Shown in pieces: positions 8,314-21,193 of a stretch of DNA of 64,000 nt (position 1 is its first letter; every line of letters starts with the position of its first letter). The stretch comes from an uncultured Chloroflexia bacterium. GTDB lineage: Bacteria > Chloroflexota > Limnocylindria > Limnocylindrales > CSP1-4. The notes beneath the pieces were generated by a model. The model did no database searches, had not been told where the DNA came from, and saw only the letters and a list, made by a program, of their open reading frames with translations. A program made the position numbers and the translations under genes. The stretch is from the NCBI GenBank assembly GCA_963718085.1, contig CAVQYA010000002.1, positions 736,127 through 800,126 of the forward strand. Direction: 5' to 3'.

Positions 8314-8562
8314 ATGACCGCCATCGACATGACCCTTCCCACCTACAGCCGCGGCCTCCGCTCGGTCGTTGCGACCGCAACCCGCGTGGCCGGCGCAACC
8401 GTGACCTGCGACGCCTGCGGCTGCCGCCTCACCACCCGCGAATCCGCGGACGACTCCGGCGTCACCGACTCCCGGAGCTGGTTCCACTTCGGCGGGTCCG
8501 CCGGACGCGACGCCCGCGGCTGCGCGGTCGCCTGCGTCGACGCTGCCCACCATATCGGCTGA
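8314..8562 (+). CDS. Hypothetical small Cys-rich protein.
   Basis: 82-aa ORF with CxxC..C..C. No known family recognised. A hairpin terminator lies downstream. Confidence 0.25.
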   Translation: MTAIDMTLPTYSRGLRSVVATATRVAGATVTCDACGCRLTTRESADDSGVTDSRSWFHFGGSAGRDARGCAVACVDAAHHIG

Positions 8563-8622
8563 CCGAGCGGCTGCACGGGCCGCCACCAGTCCCGCGTCCC
8601 ACGCAACTCGCGCGTCCCACGC

Positions 8623-8657
8623 AACGCCCCGGCTTCCGGCCGGGGCGTTGTTCGTTG
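8623..8657. terminator. Stem-loop terminator candidate between convergent genes.
   Basis: aacgccccggc / gccggggcgtt 11-bp perfect stem, 5-nt loop, followed by gttcgttg. Confidence 0.5.
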
Positions 8658-8805
8658 TCCGGGACCGGATGAGCCGGGGGCGGCCCGGGCCTCGCCGGAC
8701 GCGGCGCCTGGTGTCGCGTCCCGCTGATTCCTGGACGGTTGCCCGTTGCGGCGGGAAGCACGGGGGCGCGGCCGCGAAGACGCCATCAGCCTGCGAATCG
8801 AGACC

Positions 8806-10173
8806 CTAGGCCGCCGCAGGGGCGGGTGCCGCCTCCACACCTGGCGCCCCGGGCTCGGCGATCGGGCGATCGCTCACCGGGCGGATGAGCAGGTAGCCGA
8901 TCACCATCGTCACGAGGAGCGTCAGGATCGCGACCTGGTAGGCACCGTTCCCGAACTGGCGGAAGAGCAGCCCGATCGTGATCCCGAAGAGGATCTGGCC
9001 CACGACCTGCGAGCCCTTGCCGACGAGGCCGTACAGGCCGAAGAACTCGCCGACCCGCTCCCGCGGGGAGAGGCGGAGCATGAAGACGCGGTCGGCGACC
9101 TGGACGCCGCCGAGCCCGCTCCCCGCGATCGCGCCGGCGGCGACCATCAGGCCGACGCCCAGGGGCGTCCCCGGCATGCCGAGCGCGAAGACCGCGAGGA
9201 AGAGCCCGAGCGCCCAGGACGCGAGGACCCAGAGGAGCGTCCTTCGGGGCCCGAACCGGTCGACGAGCCGGCCCCAGGCGAAGCTCGCGAGGATCGCCAC
9301 CACCGTCAGGACGAGGAGCAGGAGGAAGTAGACCTCCTCGAGGCCCATCGCCACCGCCAGGACGCTCATCGAGACGATCAGCGTGTTCACCGCGTCCGAG
9401 TAGAAGAAGCGGCCGAGCAGGAAGCGGCCGAGGCCGGGAATGGCGCGCGCGTGCGCGACGGTTGCGCGCACCTGCGTGAACGACGCCACGAGGTCGGCGC
9501 GCGTGAAGGCGGGCGTCTCGCGCTTCGGCTCCCGGACGATCAGGAAGATCGGGATCGCGAGGACCGCGAAGAGGAGCGCCTGGACCGGGAAGATCTGCTC
9601 GCGGGGGATGTCGAGGACGAGGAGGACGATCGCGATCAGGAGCGTGCCCATGTATCCGACCGCCACCCCGATCCCCGACAGGCGGCCACGGGACGCAGGG
9701 TACGAGACCGTGGAGAGCGTGGCGTCGTAGTAGATCAGCGCGGCCTGGTAGGAGAAGTTGGCGACCGTGAAGAGGATCGCCCCGACGATCACCGGGCTCG
9801 GCCCGATCAGCGCGGAGGCAACGACCGTGACCGCCGTGAACACGAAGAGGTACGGCAGCCGCCTTCCGCCGCGGTCGCTCAGGGCACCGAGCGGCGGCGA
9901 GACGACCGCGTTCAGCCCCACGCTCACGACGATGCAGACGGTGTAGGCGAGCTGGCCGCCGTCCTCGCCGAGCCCGCGGTCCTTGATGAACCAGAGCGCC
10001 ATCGCGGTGGAGACGACCGCGACGCTGTAGATCGTGTTCGCCAGGTCGTACAGGGCCCAGGCCGCGGGAACCCGGGCGCGGCCCGACGGGGTGAGGTCGG
10101 CCAGGCGGCCACCGAGTCCACCCCGCGGCTGATCGGGCGACGCGGTCGAGGCGGGCGCGGCGACGTCGGCCAT
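8806..10173 (-). CDS. MFS transporter (UMF1/Atg22-like family).
   Basis: 12-TM MFS topology. Starts MADVAAPAST at the ATG ending at 10173. The longer ORF upstream is Ala/Pro-rich and unlikely to be coding. Confidence 0.8.
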   Translation of the reverse strand: MADVAAPASTASPDQPRGGLGGRLADLTPSGRARVPAAWALYDLANTIYSVAVVSTAMALWFIKDRGLGEDGGQLAYTVCIVVSVGLNAVVSPPLGALSDRGGRRLPYLFVFTAVTVVASALIGPSPVIVGAILFTVANFSYQAALIYYDATLSTVSYPASRGRLSGIGVAVGYMGTLLIAIVLLVLDIPREQIFPVQALLFAVLAIPIFLIVREPKRETPAFTRADLVASFTQVRATVAHARAIPGLGRFLLGRFFYSDAVNTLIVSMSVLAVAMGLEEVYFLLLLVLTVVAILASFAWGRLVDRFGPRRTLLWVLASWALGLFLAVFALGMPGTPLGVGLMVAAGAIAGSGLGGVQVADRVFMLRLSPRERVGEFFGLYGLVGKGSQVVGQILFGITIGLLFRQFGNGAYQVAILTLLVTMVIGYLLIRPVSDRPIAEPGAPGVEAAPAPAAA

Positions 10174-10320
10174 TGGCGGGATCGTAGCGGGCGCGGGTGG
10201 CGACCGGAAGCCCCCGGGGGAGGCCGCGGTCGGTGGCTCCGGGAGGGCCGCGCACGGCGGCGGCGGGCGAGCGCCGGCGCACGGCGCCGGCGGGCGCGTC
10301 GGCGCTGCTACGATCAGGTC

Positions 10321-11028
10321 ATGCAACCCGACCCCCGCAGCTGGCGGCCCCAGTCGTTCGGACGGCGCAAGCCACGGGACCTGCGCGATCCGCTGGTGGA
10401 GCCGGCCTGGGACGGCATTCGCATCCTCGCCCACGTCGCGCCCGCGGGCGTCCACCTCGTCGATGCCAGGGGTGCGGACCTGGCGTCCGACCACCGGGAG
10501 ATCGTGGCCGCGCTGGCGACCGCCGGGCTGGCAAGCGCGGTCGTCGTCGACGGGTACCTCACGGACCAGGCGCTGCGGGACGGGGCGGGAGTCGTCCTCG
10601 AGGTCGACGAGAGTCCCGGAATGGGCGAGCACGTGACCCAGTTCTTCCTGGGAAAGCAGGTGGCCGACCACATGGGCGGCCGGGGGCAAGTCCCCGGCGG
10701 GTCCACGGCCCGGACGATCGCCCAGGTCGAGGCGGCTGCGGCCGAGGGCCCGGCGCCGATCGCCTTCGTCGCGGTCGACCTGGTCGCCATCGACGACGAG
10801 CCGCTGTTCGAGGTTCCCCTCCTCGAGCGCAAGCGCCTCCTGGAGAGCGTCCTCCCGGAGGGGCTGCACGTGCGCCGCACGCCCTTCGTCCGCGAGCCGG
10901 CCGGCAGCTTCATCAGGACCTGGCGGTCCACCGGCTTCCGCGGCCTCGCCTACAAGGAGGCGAACAGCCGCTACCACCCGGGCACGCCCAACGACGGCTG
11001 GTCCCTCGTCGCCATGCCGCGGCGCTGA
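10321..11028 (+). CDS. ATP-dependent DNA ligase-like adenylation-domain protein. It lacks the motif I lysine.
   Basis: Motif I reads EPAWDGIR where a canonical ligase has K-x-D-G, so K is replaced by A. Motif III reads DGYLT (canonically DGELV). A motif V-like FRGLAYKEANSRYHPG is present. Only 235 aa. Confidence 0.6.
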   Translation: MQPDPRSWRPQSFGRRKPRDLRDPLVEPAWDGIRILAHVAPAGVHLVDARGADLASDHREIVAALATAGLASAVVVDGYLTDQALRDGAGVVLEVDESPGMGEHVTQFFLGKQVADHMGGRGQVPGGSTARTIAQVEAAAAEGPAPIAFVAVDLVAIDDEPLFEVPLLERKRLLESVLPEGLHVRRTPFVREPAGSFIRTWRSTGFRGLAYKEANSRYHPGTPNDGWSLVAMPRR

Positions 11029-11072
11029 GGCCCTGCCGGTGACCCGCCCGTCACCCGTGGTACGGTGAGCCG

Positions 11073-12496
11073 GTGGCCCCCACCGTCCTGACGCCCGCGA
11101 TCAGCGCGGAGGTCGAACGCCTCGGCCGGGCCGACCTCGTCGTCGGCATCCCGAGCTTCAAGAACGCAACGACGATCGGGCACGTGACCCGGGCCGCACA
11201 GGCCGGGCTTGTCCAGTACTTCGCCGACCTGCGGCCCCTCCTCGTCAACGCCGACGCCGGCTCGCCCGACGGGACGCAGCGCGTGGTGGCCGAGACCGAG
11301 CCCCCGGACTACGTCGAGCGGATCCTCCTCGTCCGGCCGACGAACCGCCTCGAACGCCTGACCCTCACCTACCCCGAGGTCGACGGCGTCGGCGGCAAGG
11401 GAGCGGCCCTGCGCACGATCTTCGAGATCGCCGCCGCCCTCGACGCGCGGGCCCTCGTCGTCGTCGATTCCGATCTCCGCTCGATCACCCCCGAGTGGAT
11501 CGAGCTGCTGGCCGGGCCCATCCTCAAGGGCGGCTTCGACTACGTGACGCCGCTCTACGCCCGCCACAAGTACGACGGCACGATCACGAACACGGTCACC
11601 TACCCGCTGACGCGCGCCCTCTACGGCCGGCGGATCCGGCAGCCGATCGGCGGCGACTTCGGCGTCTCCGGCGACCTCGTCCGCCACTACCTGGCCCAGG
11701 AGGACTGGACCGCCGACGTCAGCAAGTTCGGGATCGACGTCTGGATGACGACGCACGCGCTCGTGGGCGGCTTCGCCGTCTGCGAGACGCGGCTCGGGGC
11801 CAAGGTCCACGACCCGAAGGACCCCTCGGGGGACCTCGGGCCGATGTTCCGCCAGGTGGTGGGGACGATCCTCGGGCTGGCGGGCCGCCACGCCGACGCG
11901 TGGCTCGAGATCCACGGCAGCCACGAGGTCCCGGCCTACGGCTTCGAGCGCTGGGTCGAGCCCAGCCCGCTCCAGGTGAACACGCTGCGCCTCCTCTCGG
12001 AGTTCGGGGCCGGGCGGGTGACCCTGGCCGAGACCTGGCGGGCGATGCTCGCCCCCGACCACGCCGCGGTGGTCGAGGAGCTGGCGATCGAGGCGGGCAA
12101 GCTCGCCGAGCGGGCCGCCCGGCGCCTGGGGATCGGCGGGACCGAGAGCGGCACGAACAGCGTCACCACGGACGAGATGAGCGAGGCCGTCGCCGGCTTC
12201 CACTTCCCCGACGAGCTGTGGGCCGGGATCGTCTACGACCTGGTCGTCGCCGCCCGCTTCGGCGCCATCCCGATCGAGCGCCTCGTGGCCGCCCTCGTGC
12301 CCCTCTACTTCGGGCGCGTGGGGAGCCTCGTCGTGGAGAGCCGCCACCTGGGCCAGGACGACGCCGAGGAACGCGTCGAGCGCCAGGCCCGCGCCTTCGA
12401 GCTCCGCAAGCCATACCTGGTCGAGCGCTGGCGCGTCGCGGACGAAGCCGCCCGGGCCGCCGAGGCCGACGCCGGCGGCCAGCCGGGCGGGCGCGC

Positions 12497-12500
<4 letters not shown>
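11073..12500 (+). CDS. GT-A fold glycosyltransferase. It is a GpgS/MpgS-like paralogue with a C-terminal extension of about 150 aa.
   Basis: VVGIPSFKNATTIG, the DxD motif (VVVDSDLRS) and GGDFGVSGDL parallel the GpgS motifs LVLPTLDEEATIG, DTD and AGEYAGRRSL in the next gene. Confidence 0.7.
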
Positions 12501-14409
<1,909 letters not shown>

Positions 14410-14413
<4 letters not shown>

Positions 14414-15687
14414 GGGGTACGGACGCTCGGGCCGGGAGGGCCGACGCCCGCCCCCTGGCAATCCTGGTGGCGCCGAATTCGTTCAAGGGGTCGCTGACGG
14501 CCGTCGAGGTTGCCCTGGCCCTGGCTCGCGGCTGGCAGCGAGCGCGACCACAGGACGAAGTCCGGCTGGCCCCGCTCGCCGACGGCGGCGAGGGGACGCT
14601 GGTCGCGATCGAGGTGGCCGGCGGCTGGGAATGGCGGAGCGCCGCCGCCCACGATCCGCTCGGGCGCCGGATCGAGGCGCGCTGGCTGCAGTCGGAGGAC
14701 GGGAGCCGCGCGGTCGTGGAGCTTGCGGCGGCGTCGGGCCTCTCGCGCCTCGCCGCGGGTGAGCGCGACCCGGCCGCGGCCTCGACCTTCGGCACGGGCG
14801 AGGTCCTGCGCGCGGTGCTCGACGCGGGGATCCGGCAGATCGACCTGGGCGTCGGGGGCAGCGCAACCACCGACGGCGGGCGGGGAATCCTGGCCGCCCT
14901 GGGGCTCGGCGTGACCCCGGAGCCGGACCTCGGCCTCGACCTCGACCTCGCCGTCGACCTCGACGCGCTGGACCCTCGCCTGGCGGAGGTCGATCTCCGG
15001 ATCGCCTCCGACGTGACGAACCCGCTGCTCGGCGAGACCGGCGCGGCTGCTGTCTACGGGCCCCAGAAGGGCGCCGGCGCGGTCGACGTCCGCAACCTCG
15101 ACGCCGCCCTGGAGCGCTGGGCGGACGCGCTGGAGGCGGCGACAGGGCGGCGCGAGCGGGACACGCCCGGGGCGGGTGCCGCGGGCGGCACCGTCTTCGG
15201 GCTGGCCTGCCTCCACGGCCGCTTCCGGTCATTCTCGATCGTGCCGGGAGTGGACTTCGTGATGGAGGCGACGGGCTTCGCCGGGAAGCTCGCCGGCGCC
15301 GACCTCGTGATCACCGGGGAGGGCCGGATCGACGGCCAGACGGCATTCGGGAAGACGGCTCTCGGCGTGGCCCGGCGGGCGGCCGCGGCCGGCGTCCCGT
15401 GCATCGCCGTCGGCGGCGGAGTCGAGCCCGAGGGGATCGAGGCCCTCGCGGCCCTGGGGACGCTGACCGTCCCCGTCGTCGAGCGGCCGCAGTCCATCGA
15501 GGAGGCGATGGCTGCCGGCCCGCTCCCCATCGAGCGCTGCGGCGAGCGCCTGGCTCGCCTCGTCGGGCTGGGGATGAGGTTGACCGTGACGAGACGTCCG
15601 CCGCGCACACCCGGCAAGGACCGGGGCAAGGTGGTGATCCACGACGACTTCGACGACCCACTCCCCGAGTTCGAGGAGTACACGTGA
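14410..15687 (+). CDS. Glycerate kinase (GlxK/GarK family).
   Basis: [14 protein letters not shown] ... GEG..D.QT..GK motifs. The GTG at 14410 overlaps the gpgS stop. Confidence 0.8.
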
Positions 15688-16548
15688 GCCGGCGGGCCTC
15701 CACCTCGTCTGGGGCGGCGGCCCTGAAGCGTCCCCGGAAGCCGCCCGACCCAGCCCGAACGTGGGCGCGCGCCCTCGACCGCCGCCGCCCCGGTCTCGTT
15801 CCCTTCGTGCTGGCGGAGCTGGCCACCCTCTACGGCACCCCCCGCCGCGACACGCGCCTGGACCCGGTCTCGGAGCTCGTCCTCACGATCCTCTCCCAGA
15901 ACACGGCCGACGTGAACTCCGAGCGGGCCTTCGAGGCGCTCCGCGCCGCCTACCCGGCCGACGGGCCGGTCACGGTCCACCGCGTGGTCGGCCCCGACGG
16001 CACCGAGGCGCCGCCCGAAGGCTGGGGCGGTCGCGGGCTCGCCGCCGGGTCCGCACCGGACTGGGCCGCGGTCGAGCACGCCCCGCTCGAGGAGCTCATG
16101 GAGGTGATCCGGCCCGGCGGGCTCGCCCTCCAGAAGGCGCCGCGCATCCAGGCCGCCCTGCGCCACGTTCGCGAGGCGTCCGGCGGCTACGACCTCGGCT
16201 TCCTCGCGGCGATGGAGCCGCGGGCAGCCCGCGACTGGCTCACCCGGGTCCCCGGGATCGGCAGGAAGACGGCGTCGATCGTGCTGCTCTTCTGCTTCGG
16301 GCAGCCGCTCATGCCGGTGGACACCCACGTCGAGCGGGTGAGCCGCCGGATCGGCCTCGTGCCGCCGAAGGCCGGGCCCGACGAGCAGCACGAGGTCTAC
16401 TGGCACCTGCTCGCGCCGGAGGACGTCCACGCCGGCCCACGTGCTGCTCATCCAGCACGGGCGCCGGACCTGCGACGCGCGCCGTCCCGCCTGCGACCGC
16501 TGCCCGCTCGCTCCCCGCTGCCGCTACCTCGACCCGAAGGCGCCATAG
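15684..16548 (+). CDS. nth: Endonuclease III family (HhH-GPD, Nth). The reading frame is broken by one frameshift near 16437.
   Basis: The HhH-GPD core is present ([45 protein letters not shown]). The C-terminal Fe-S motif [22 protein letters not shown] appears only in another frame, ending at TAG 16546-16548. Confidence 0.65.
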
Positions 16549-16615
16549 GCGCTGCGGAGGCCGAACCGGGCGGAGCGGCGGCCGAGCGGATACCGGCACG
16601 CGGTATGCTCGCCCC

Positions 16616-17338
16616 ATGATGATCGGCGGCGGGCCGGCGGGGCAGGAGCGCCCGGCCCGGCTCCTCCTGGTCGACGACGACGCGAAGCTGCTCGTCGTGC
16701 TGGCCGAGCAGCTGCGGGCCGACGGCTACGACGTGGCGACCGCCCGCGACGGCATCGAGGCGCTGCGCCGGCTGGCGTCGGGCTGGCCCGACCTCGCCAT
16801 CGTGGACATGATGATGCCGCGCCTCGACGGCCTCTCCCTGGCCCGCGAGATCAAGGCCCGCGCCGACATCCCGATCATCGTGCTCTCGGCCATCGACGCC
16901 GCCGACTCGAAGGCCGAGCTCCTCGACGAGGTCGCCGAGGACTACGTCACGAAGCCTTACCACTACCCGGAGCTGCGGGCCCGGGTGAACCGCGTCCTTC
17001 GCCGCCTCGGGGACCGGCTGCCGGGCCAGCGCGTGGTGCTCGGTCCGGCGCTGGCCCTCGAGCTCCATCGCCGTTCGGCAACCGTCAACGGGGTGGAGGT
17101 CGCCCTGACTCCGATCGAGTCGCGGCTTCTCTACGCGCTCGCCGCTAACCTCGGCAAGACGGTCTCGACCGAGACTCTCCTGCTGCGCGGCTGGGCCGAC
17201 ACGGAGAACGCCGATCCCTCCTACGTCTGGGTCTCGATGCGCCGCCTGCGGACGAAGCTGGAAGCCGACCCGAACCGGCCCCGCCACCTCGTCACCGTCC
17301 GTGGCATCGGCTATCGCCTGGAGGTCGTGACGGCGTGA
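16616..17338 (+). CDS. OmpR-family response regulator.
   Basis: Receiver domain (LLVDDD, D54-like in IVDMMMP, K in YVTKP) plus a winged-helix C-terminus (RLRTKLE). Confidence 0.85.
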   Translation: MMIGGGPAGQERPARLLLVDDDAKLLVVLAEQLRADGYDVATARDGIEALRRLASGWPDLAIVDMMMPRLDGLSLAREIKARADIPIIVLSAIDAADSKAELLDEVAEDYVTKPYHYPELRARVNRVLRRLGDRLPGQRVVLGPALALELHRRSATVNGVEVALTPIESRLLYALAANLGKTVSTETLLLRGWADTENADPSYVWVSMRRLRTKLEADPNRPRHLVTVRGIGYRLEVVTA

Positions 17339-18726
17339 GCGGCAGCGGCCTCCGCGCGCGGATCACGATCGCGGTCATGGTCGCCGCCGTCCTGCCGGTC
17401 CTCGCGTTCGGCCTCCTCGTCGTCGTCGCCGGGAACCCCGACGCCCTCACTCTGGTCCTGATCGCCCTCGTGGTCGCCGCCTTCGTGGGCCTCGCCGTGG
17501 GCGGCCTCCTCGTCGGCGCCGTCGTGCGGCCCCTGCGGACGCTCGAGACGCGGCTCGACCGGATCACCGCCGGCGAGCGCGTGGAGCCTCTTCCGCCACT
17601 TCCCGACGACGAGCTCGGCCGGCTCGCCGAGCGCCAGGAGGAGCTCGCCGCCGACGTCGCGCGGCGCAATCGGCAGGTGGCCCGCGCGGTCGACGCGATC
17701 ACGGCCTGGGCGCCCGCCGACGGGGCCGCGGCCCTGCTGGCGCGTGCCGCAGCCGATGCCCGCGAGGCCCTGGGCCTGATCGACGCCCGGATCGACCTCG
17801 GCGACCCCGACAGCATCGCCATCGAGGAGCGCGTCCCCGGCGAACCCCACCCCGTCCGTGCCGACCTGCGCGCCGGCCGAGAGGTCGCCGGCGTCCTCGC
17901 CGGCCACGCGTCTGCCACCGCCCGCTGGAAGCCCGCCGACCAGGACCTCCTTGAGCTCTTCGCCGCGAGCGTCGCCGTCACCCTTCGCGACGCCGAGCTC
18001 CTGGCCCGCGTGGAGGAGCAGAACGCGCGACTGGTGGCCCTCGACGCGGAGAAGGACGACTTCCTGCGCGGCATATCGCACAACCTGCAGACACCCCTTG
18101 CCCGGATCCGCGCCTACGCCGACCAGCTGACCGCCGACCACGCGGAGGCCGGCACCGTCGACCGGCGGCCGGGCGTGATCGCCGAGCAGAGCGAGCGGCT
18201 CTCGCGAATGGTTCGCCAGCTCCTCACGGTCAGCCGCCTCGACGCCGGCGTGATCCGACCGGTGGCGGAGGTTTTCGCCCTGGGTCCGCGCGTCAGACGG
18301 GCGTGGGAGGCGCTCGGGGCGGCGGCGGTGTCGTTCGAGCTCGTCGACGAGGCCGGCGGATGGCTGACCGTCGCCGACCCCGACCAGGTGGACCAGGTCC
18401 TGTGGGCCCTGCTCGACAACGCCGTGAAGTACGGGGCCGGCGCCGGGGTTCGCGTCCGGGTGGCGGTGGACGATGCCGCGGGGCGGGTTGCGGTCACCGT
18501 GGCCGACGGGGGCCCGGGGGTCTCGGAGGCCGACAGGGAGGGCCTGTTCGCCCGCTATTCGCGAGGGGGTCGCTCGGAGGATCGTGACGGGACCGGCCTG
18601 GGGCTCTACGTGGGCCGAGCCCTCGCCCGGGCGAACGCCGGGGACCTCGTGCTGGAGCCGTCCACGCCCGGTTCGGGCGCGACCTTCACGCTCGTGCTGC
18701 CGGCGGAGGCTCCCACCGAGGGCTGA
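17335..18726 (+). CDS. Sensor histidine kinase (TM, HAMP, HisKA, HATPase).
   Basis: H-box GISHNLQTPLARIRAY, N-box LLDNAVKYG, G-boxes DGGPGV and GTGLGL. The GTG overlaps the regulator stop (GTGA). Confidence 0.85.
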   Translation: MSGSGLRARITIAVMVAAVLPVLAFGLLVVVAGNPDALTLVLIALVVAAFVGLAVGGLLVGAVVRPLRTLETRLDRITAGERVEPLPPLPDDELGRLAERQEELAADVARRNRQVARAVDAITAWAPADGAAALLARAAADAREALGLIDARIDLGDPDSIAIEERVPGEPHPVRADLRAGREVAGVLAGHASATARWKPADQDLLELFAASVAVTLRDAELLARVEEQNARLVALDAEKDDFLRGISHNLQTPLARIRAYADQLTADHAEAGTVDRRPGVIAEQSERLSRMVRQLLTVSRLDAGVIRPVAEVFALGPRVRRAWEALGAAAVSFELVDEAGGWLTVADPDQVDQVLWALLDNAVKYGAGAGVRVRVAVDDAAGRVAVTVADGGPGVSEADREGLFARYSRGGRSEDRDGTGLGLYVGRALARANAGDLVLEPSTPGSGATFTLVLPAEAPTEG

Positions 18727-19258
18727 CGGCCTCGCCGGCGGGTCCGGCGCTTCCCGGCGTGTCCGGCGCCGGCGGGGCCGGCGGGTCGGGCGCCATCCAG
18801 CACTGCCGCCGGCGTCCGGCCTGCCCGGAGGCCTCGCCGGCGATGGCCGTTGACGCTCCGCACCTCTCCCGGCGAATGCAAGGTTGGCCGCAAAGTGAGG
18901 CGGCAACCATGATCGAGCCGCCGGATCTCGCCGGTGGCGGGAAGCCGCAGCCACGGAGGGCTGCGCAGCCGCGGGGCGATCCCGGCTGGATCCATCACGC
19001 GAGCCCTCGCAGGGGCGTTCGGTCTCCCCGTGGCCCCTGTTGGACTCTCCCGGCGGCAGCGCCGGGCAGCGACGAGGCGGGCACGTCGCGGGGACCCGGT
19101 CTCGGGGACCGGTCTTCGCGGAGTGCCCGCCTCGCTCCTGTCGGGGAGAGGCCGGCCGGCGCAGCGGCCGGTGTCGAGTCCGGGAGTACCCTGACGGTGG
19201 CCGCGACGGCGATCGCCCTGCCGATCCGCTCGCCGCGAACCGCCTGGAGGCCTGGCCC

Positions 19259-19735
19259 GTGACCACCGACGACGTCCGCACCCAGATCGACCCGCTCAGC
19301 GTGCCGCGGACCGTCCGGATGGTCCGCCGCTTCAACGCCCCGCCGTCCCGCCTCTACCGCTGCTGGACGGACCCCGAGGAGATCGTTCGCTGGTTCCCGG
19401 AGCGGGTCGAGGGCTCGCTCGCCCTCGCGACGCGGAGCATCCTCGTCTTCCCCGACCAGCGAGTCTCGTGGGACGTCACGGTGCTGCAGAGCGATCGCCG
19501 CTTCGAGTTCCGCTGGCCGTGGCTCCCCGACAACGCCTGGGAGACGACCGTGGCGATCGCCCTGGAGCCGGCCGGCTACGGGACGCTCATGACCCTCACG
19601 GACGGACCCTTCGACCTTCGGGTGCCCGGCGTCCTCGATGCCTGGGCCGAGGCCAACGAGGGCTGGGGCGAGGCGCTCGCCTGGCTGCGCGGCTACGTCG
19701 ACTTCTCGGTGGAGCTGCGCGCGCGCCGCTACTGA
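19259..19735 (+). CDS. SRPBCC superfamily protein (AHSA1 / polyketide-cyclase-like).
   Basis: 158 aa with an Aha1/START-like fold signature. A long leader of about 530 bp precedes it. Confidence 0.7.
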   Translation: MTTDDVRTQIDPLSVPRTVRMVRRFNAPPSRLYRCWTDPEEIVRWFPERVEGSLALATRSILVFPDQRVSWDVTVLQSDRRFEFRWPWLPDNAWETTVAIALEPAGYGTLMTLTDGPFDLRVPGVLDAWAEANEGWGEALAWLRGYVDFSVELRARRY

Positions 19736-19876
19736 GGTGCGACCGCCGGGAGGCGGCGGGGCAGCGACCGAATGCGGCCGCGGCGGCGACCGAATGCGGC
19801 GGGGCGGCGACCGAATGCTGCGGCGGGGCACGGCGGACGGAACGCGCGACGCCGCACGCCCGGTGACCGGGCCGCC

Positions 19877-21193
19877 CTACCTCCGCCGGCCGAACGCGGT
19901 GACGAGCAGCCGCCGGAAGCTGGGCTGCTGCCCGTACATGAGGACGCCGGCGCTGTAGACCCGCGCCGCCAGCCAGAGCATCACGATGATCGAGACGACG
20001 AGGATCGCCGCGGCGAGCGCCACCTCGGGCAGTCCCGCCTGCCCCGCGATGACCCGCGACAGCATCAGGTAGGGGCTGACGAAGGGCACGTAGGAGAGGG
20101 CCGCCACCCACGCGGCGTCAGCGGGCAGCAGGCCGATCGAGACGTAGATGGCGATCAGGTACCCGACGACGCCGATCATCGACATCGGGGCCACGACGTT
20201 GTTCACGTCCTCCATCCGCGAGACGAGCGACCCGGCCGCCGCGTACAGGACCGAGTAGAGCAGGTACCCGAGGATGAAGAAGAGGACGAAGGCGCCGATC
20301 ACGCCGGGCGTCAGCACCTGCGGCAGCTCGAGCGCCGACGACGGGGCGCCGAGGATCGCCTGGGCGATCGGGCCCTGGAGGGCGAAGGCCAGGATCGCCG
20401 GGATCGCGGCAGCCAGGAGCTGGACGAGCCCCAGCCCGCCGACCCCCAGGACCTTCCCGCCGAGGAGCTGGAACGGCGTCGCCGCGCTGATGATGATCTC
20501 CATCACCCGGTTGCTCTTCTCCTCGGCGACGCTCATGGCGACCCACTGGCCGTAGAGGACGACCGCCAGGAGCAGGAAGATGATCAGCATCTGGCCGACG
20601 ATCCCCGTGGCGGCCATCTGGGCGCTCGTGGTCGGCTCGCCGGGCGCGGCGGGTTTGGGTGGCTCGACGGCGACGGCGGGCGGGCTGAAGAGCGTCGCCT
20701 GGTCGCCGGGGGCCACGCCGAGACGGTCGAGGCGGTCGGCGATCGTGAGCGAGAACGCGGCCTGGCGAAGGAGCTCCGGGTTGCGCCGCCCGGCCGGGTC
20801 CTTGGAGATCACGACGAAGGTGAGGTCCGGGCCCGGCGCCCGCTCGATGACGAGGGCGGCGGCCAGGTCGCCATCTTCGACGGCGGCGCGGGCGGTCGCC
20901 TCGTCGGCCGAGGCGGTGACCTCGAAGCCCTTCTCACCGCTCGGCGTGGCGCTGTTGAGGAGAATGCTGAGTCGGGCCACGGGATCTGACGTGAGGGCCG
21001 GCTCGGCCCGGTTCACGATGCCGACCTTCGTCCCGCTGTCGCCTTCGAACCAGCGAATCCCGATCGGCGCCAGGGCCATGGCGGCGCCGGCGACCGCGAG
21101 GAAGACCGTGCCGATGATGAACGAGCGGGTGCGGGCCCGGACGAAGAACTCCCGGCGGGCGACCGCGAGGGTGTTGCGGACCGTGACGTTCAT
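19877..21193 (-). CDS. ABC-2 family transporter permease.
   Basis: Starts MNVTVRNTLAVARREFF, with a large periplasmic loop and 6 TM helices. Its ATGA overlaps the upstream ATPase gene. Confidence 0.75.
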   Translation of the reverse strand: MNVTVRNTLAVARREFFVRARTRSFIIGTVFLAVAGAAMALAPIGIRWFEGDSGTKVGIVNRAEPALTSDPVARLSILLNSATPSGEKGFEVTASADEATARAAVEDGDLAAALVIERAPGPDLTFVVISKDPAGRRNPELLRQAAFSLTIADRLDRLGVAPGDQATLFSPPAVAVEPPKPAAPGEPTTSAQMAATGIVGQMLIIFLLLAVVLYGQWVAMSVAEEKSNRVMEIIISAATPFQLLGGKVLGVGGLGLVQLLAAAIPAILAFALQGPIAQAILGAPSSALELPQVLTPGVIGAFVLFFILGYLLYSVLYAAAGSLVSRMEDVNNVVAPMSMIGVVGYLIAIYVSIGLLPADAAWVAALSYVPFVSPYLMLSRVIAGQAGLPEVALAAAILVVSIIVMLWLAARVYSAGVLMYGQQPSFRRLLVTAFGRRR

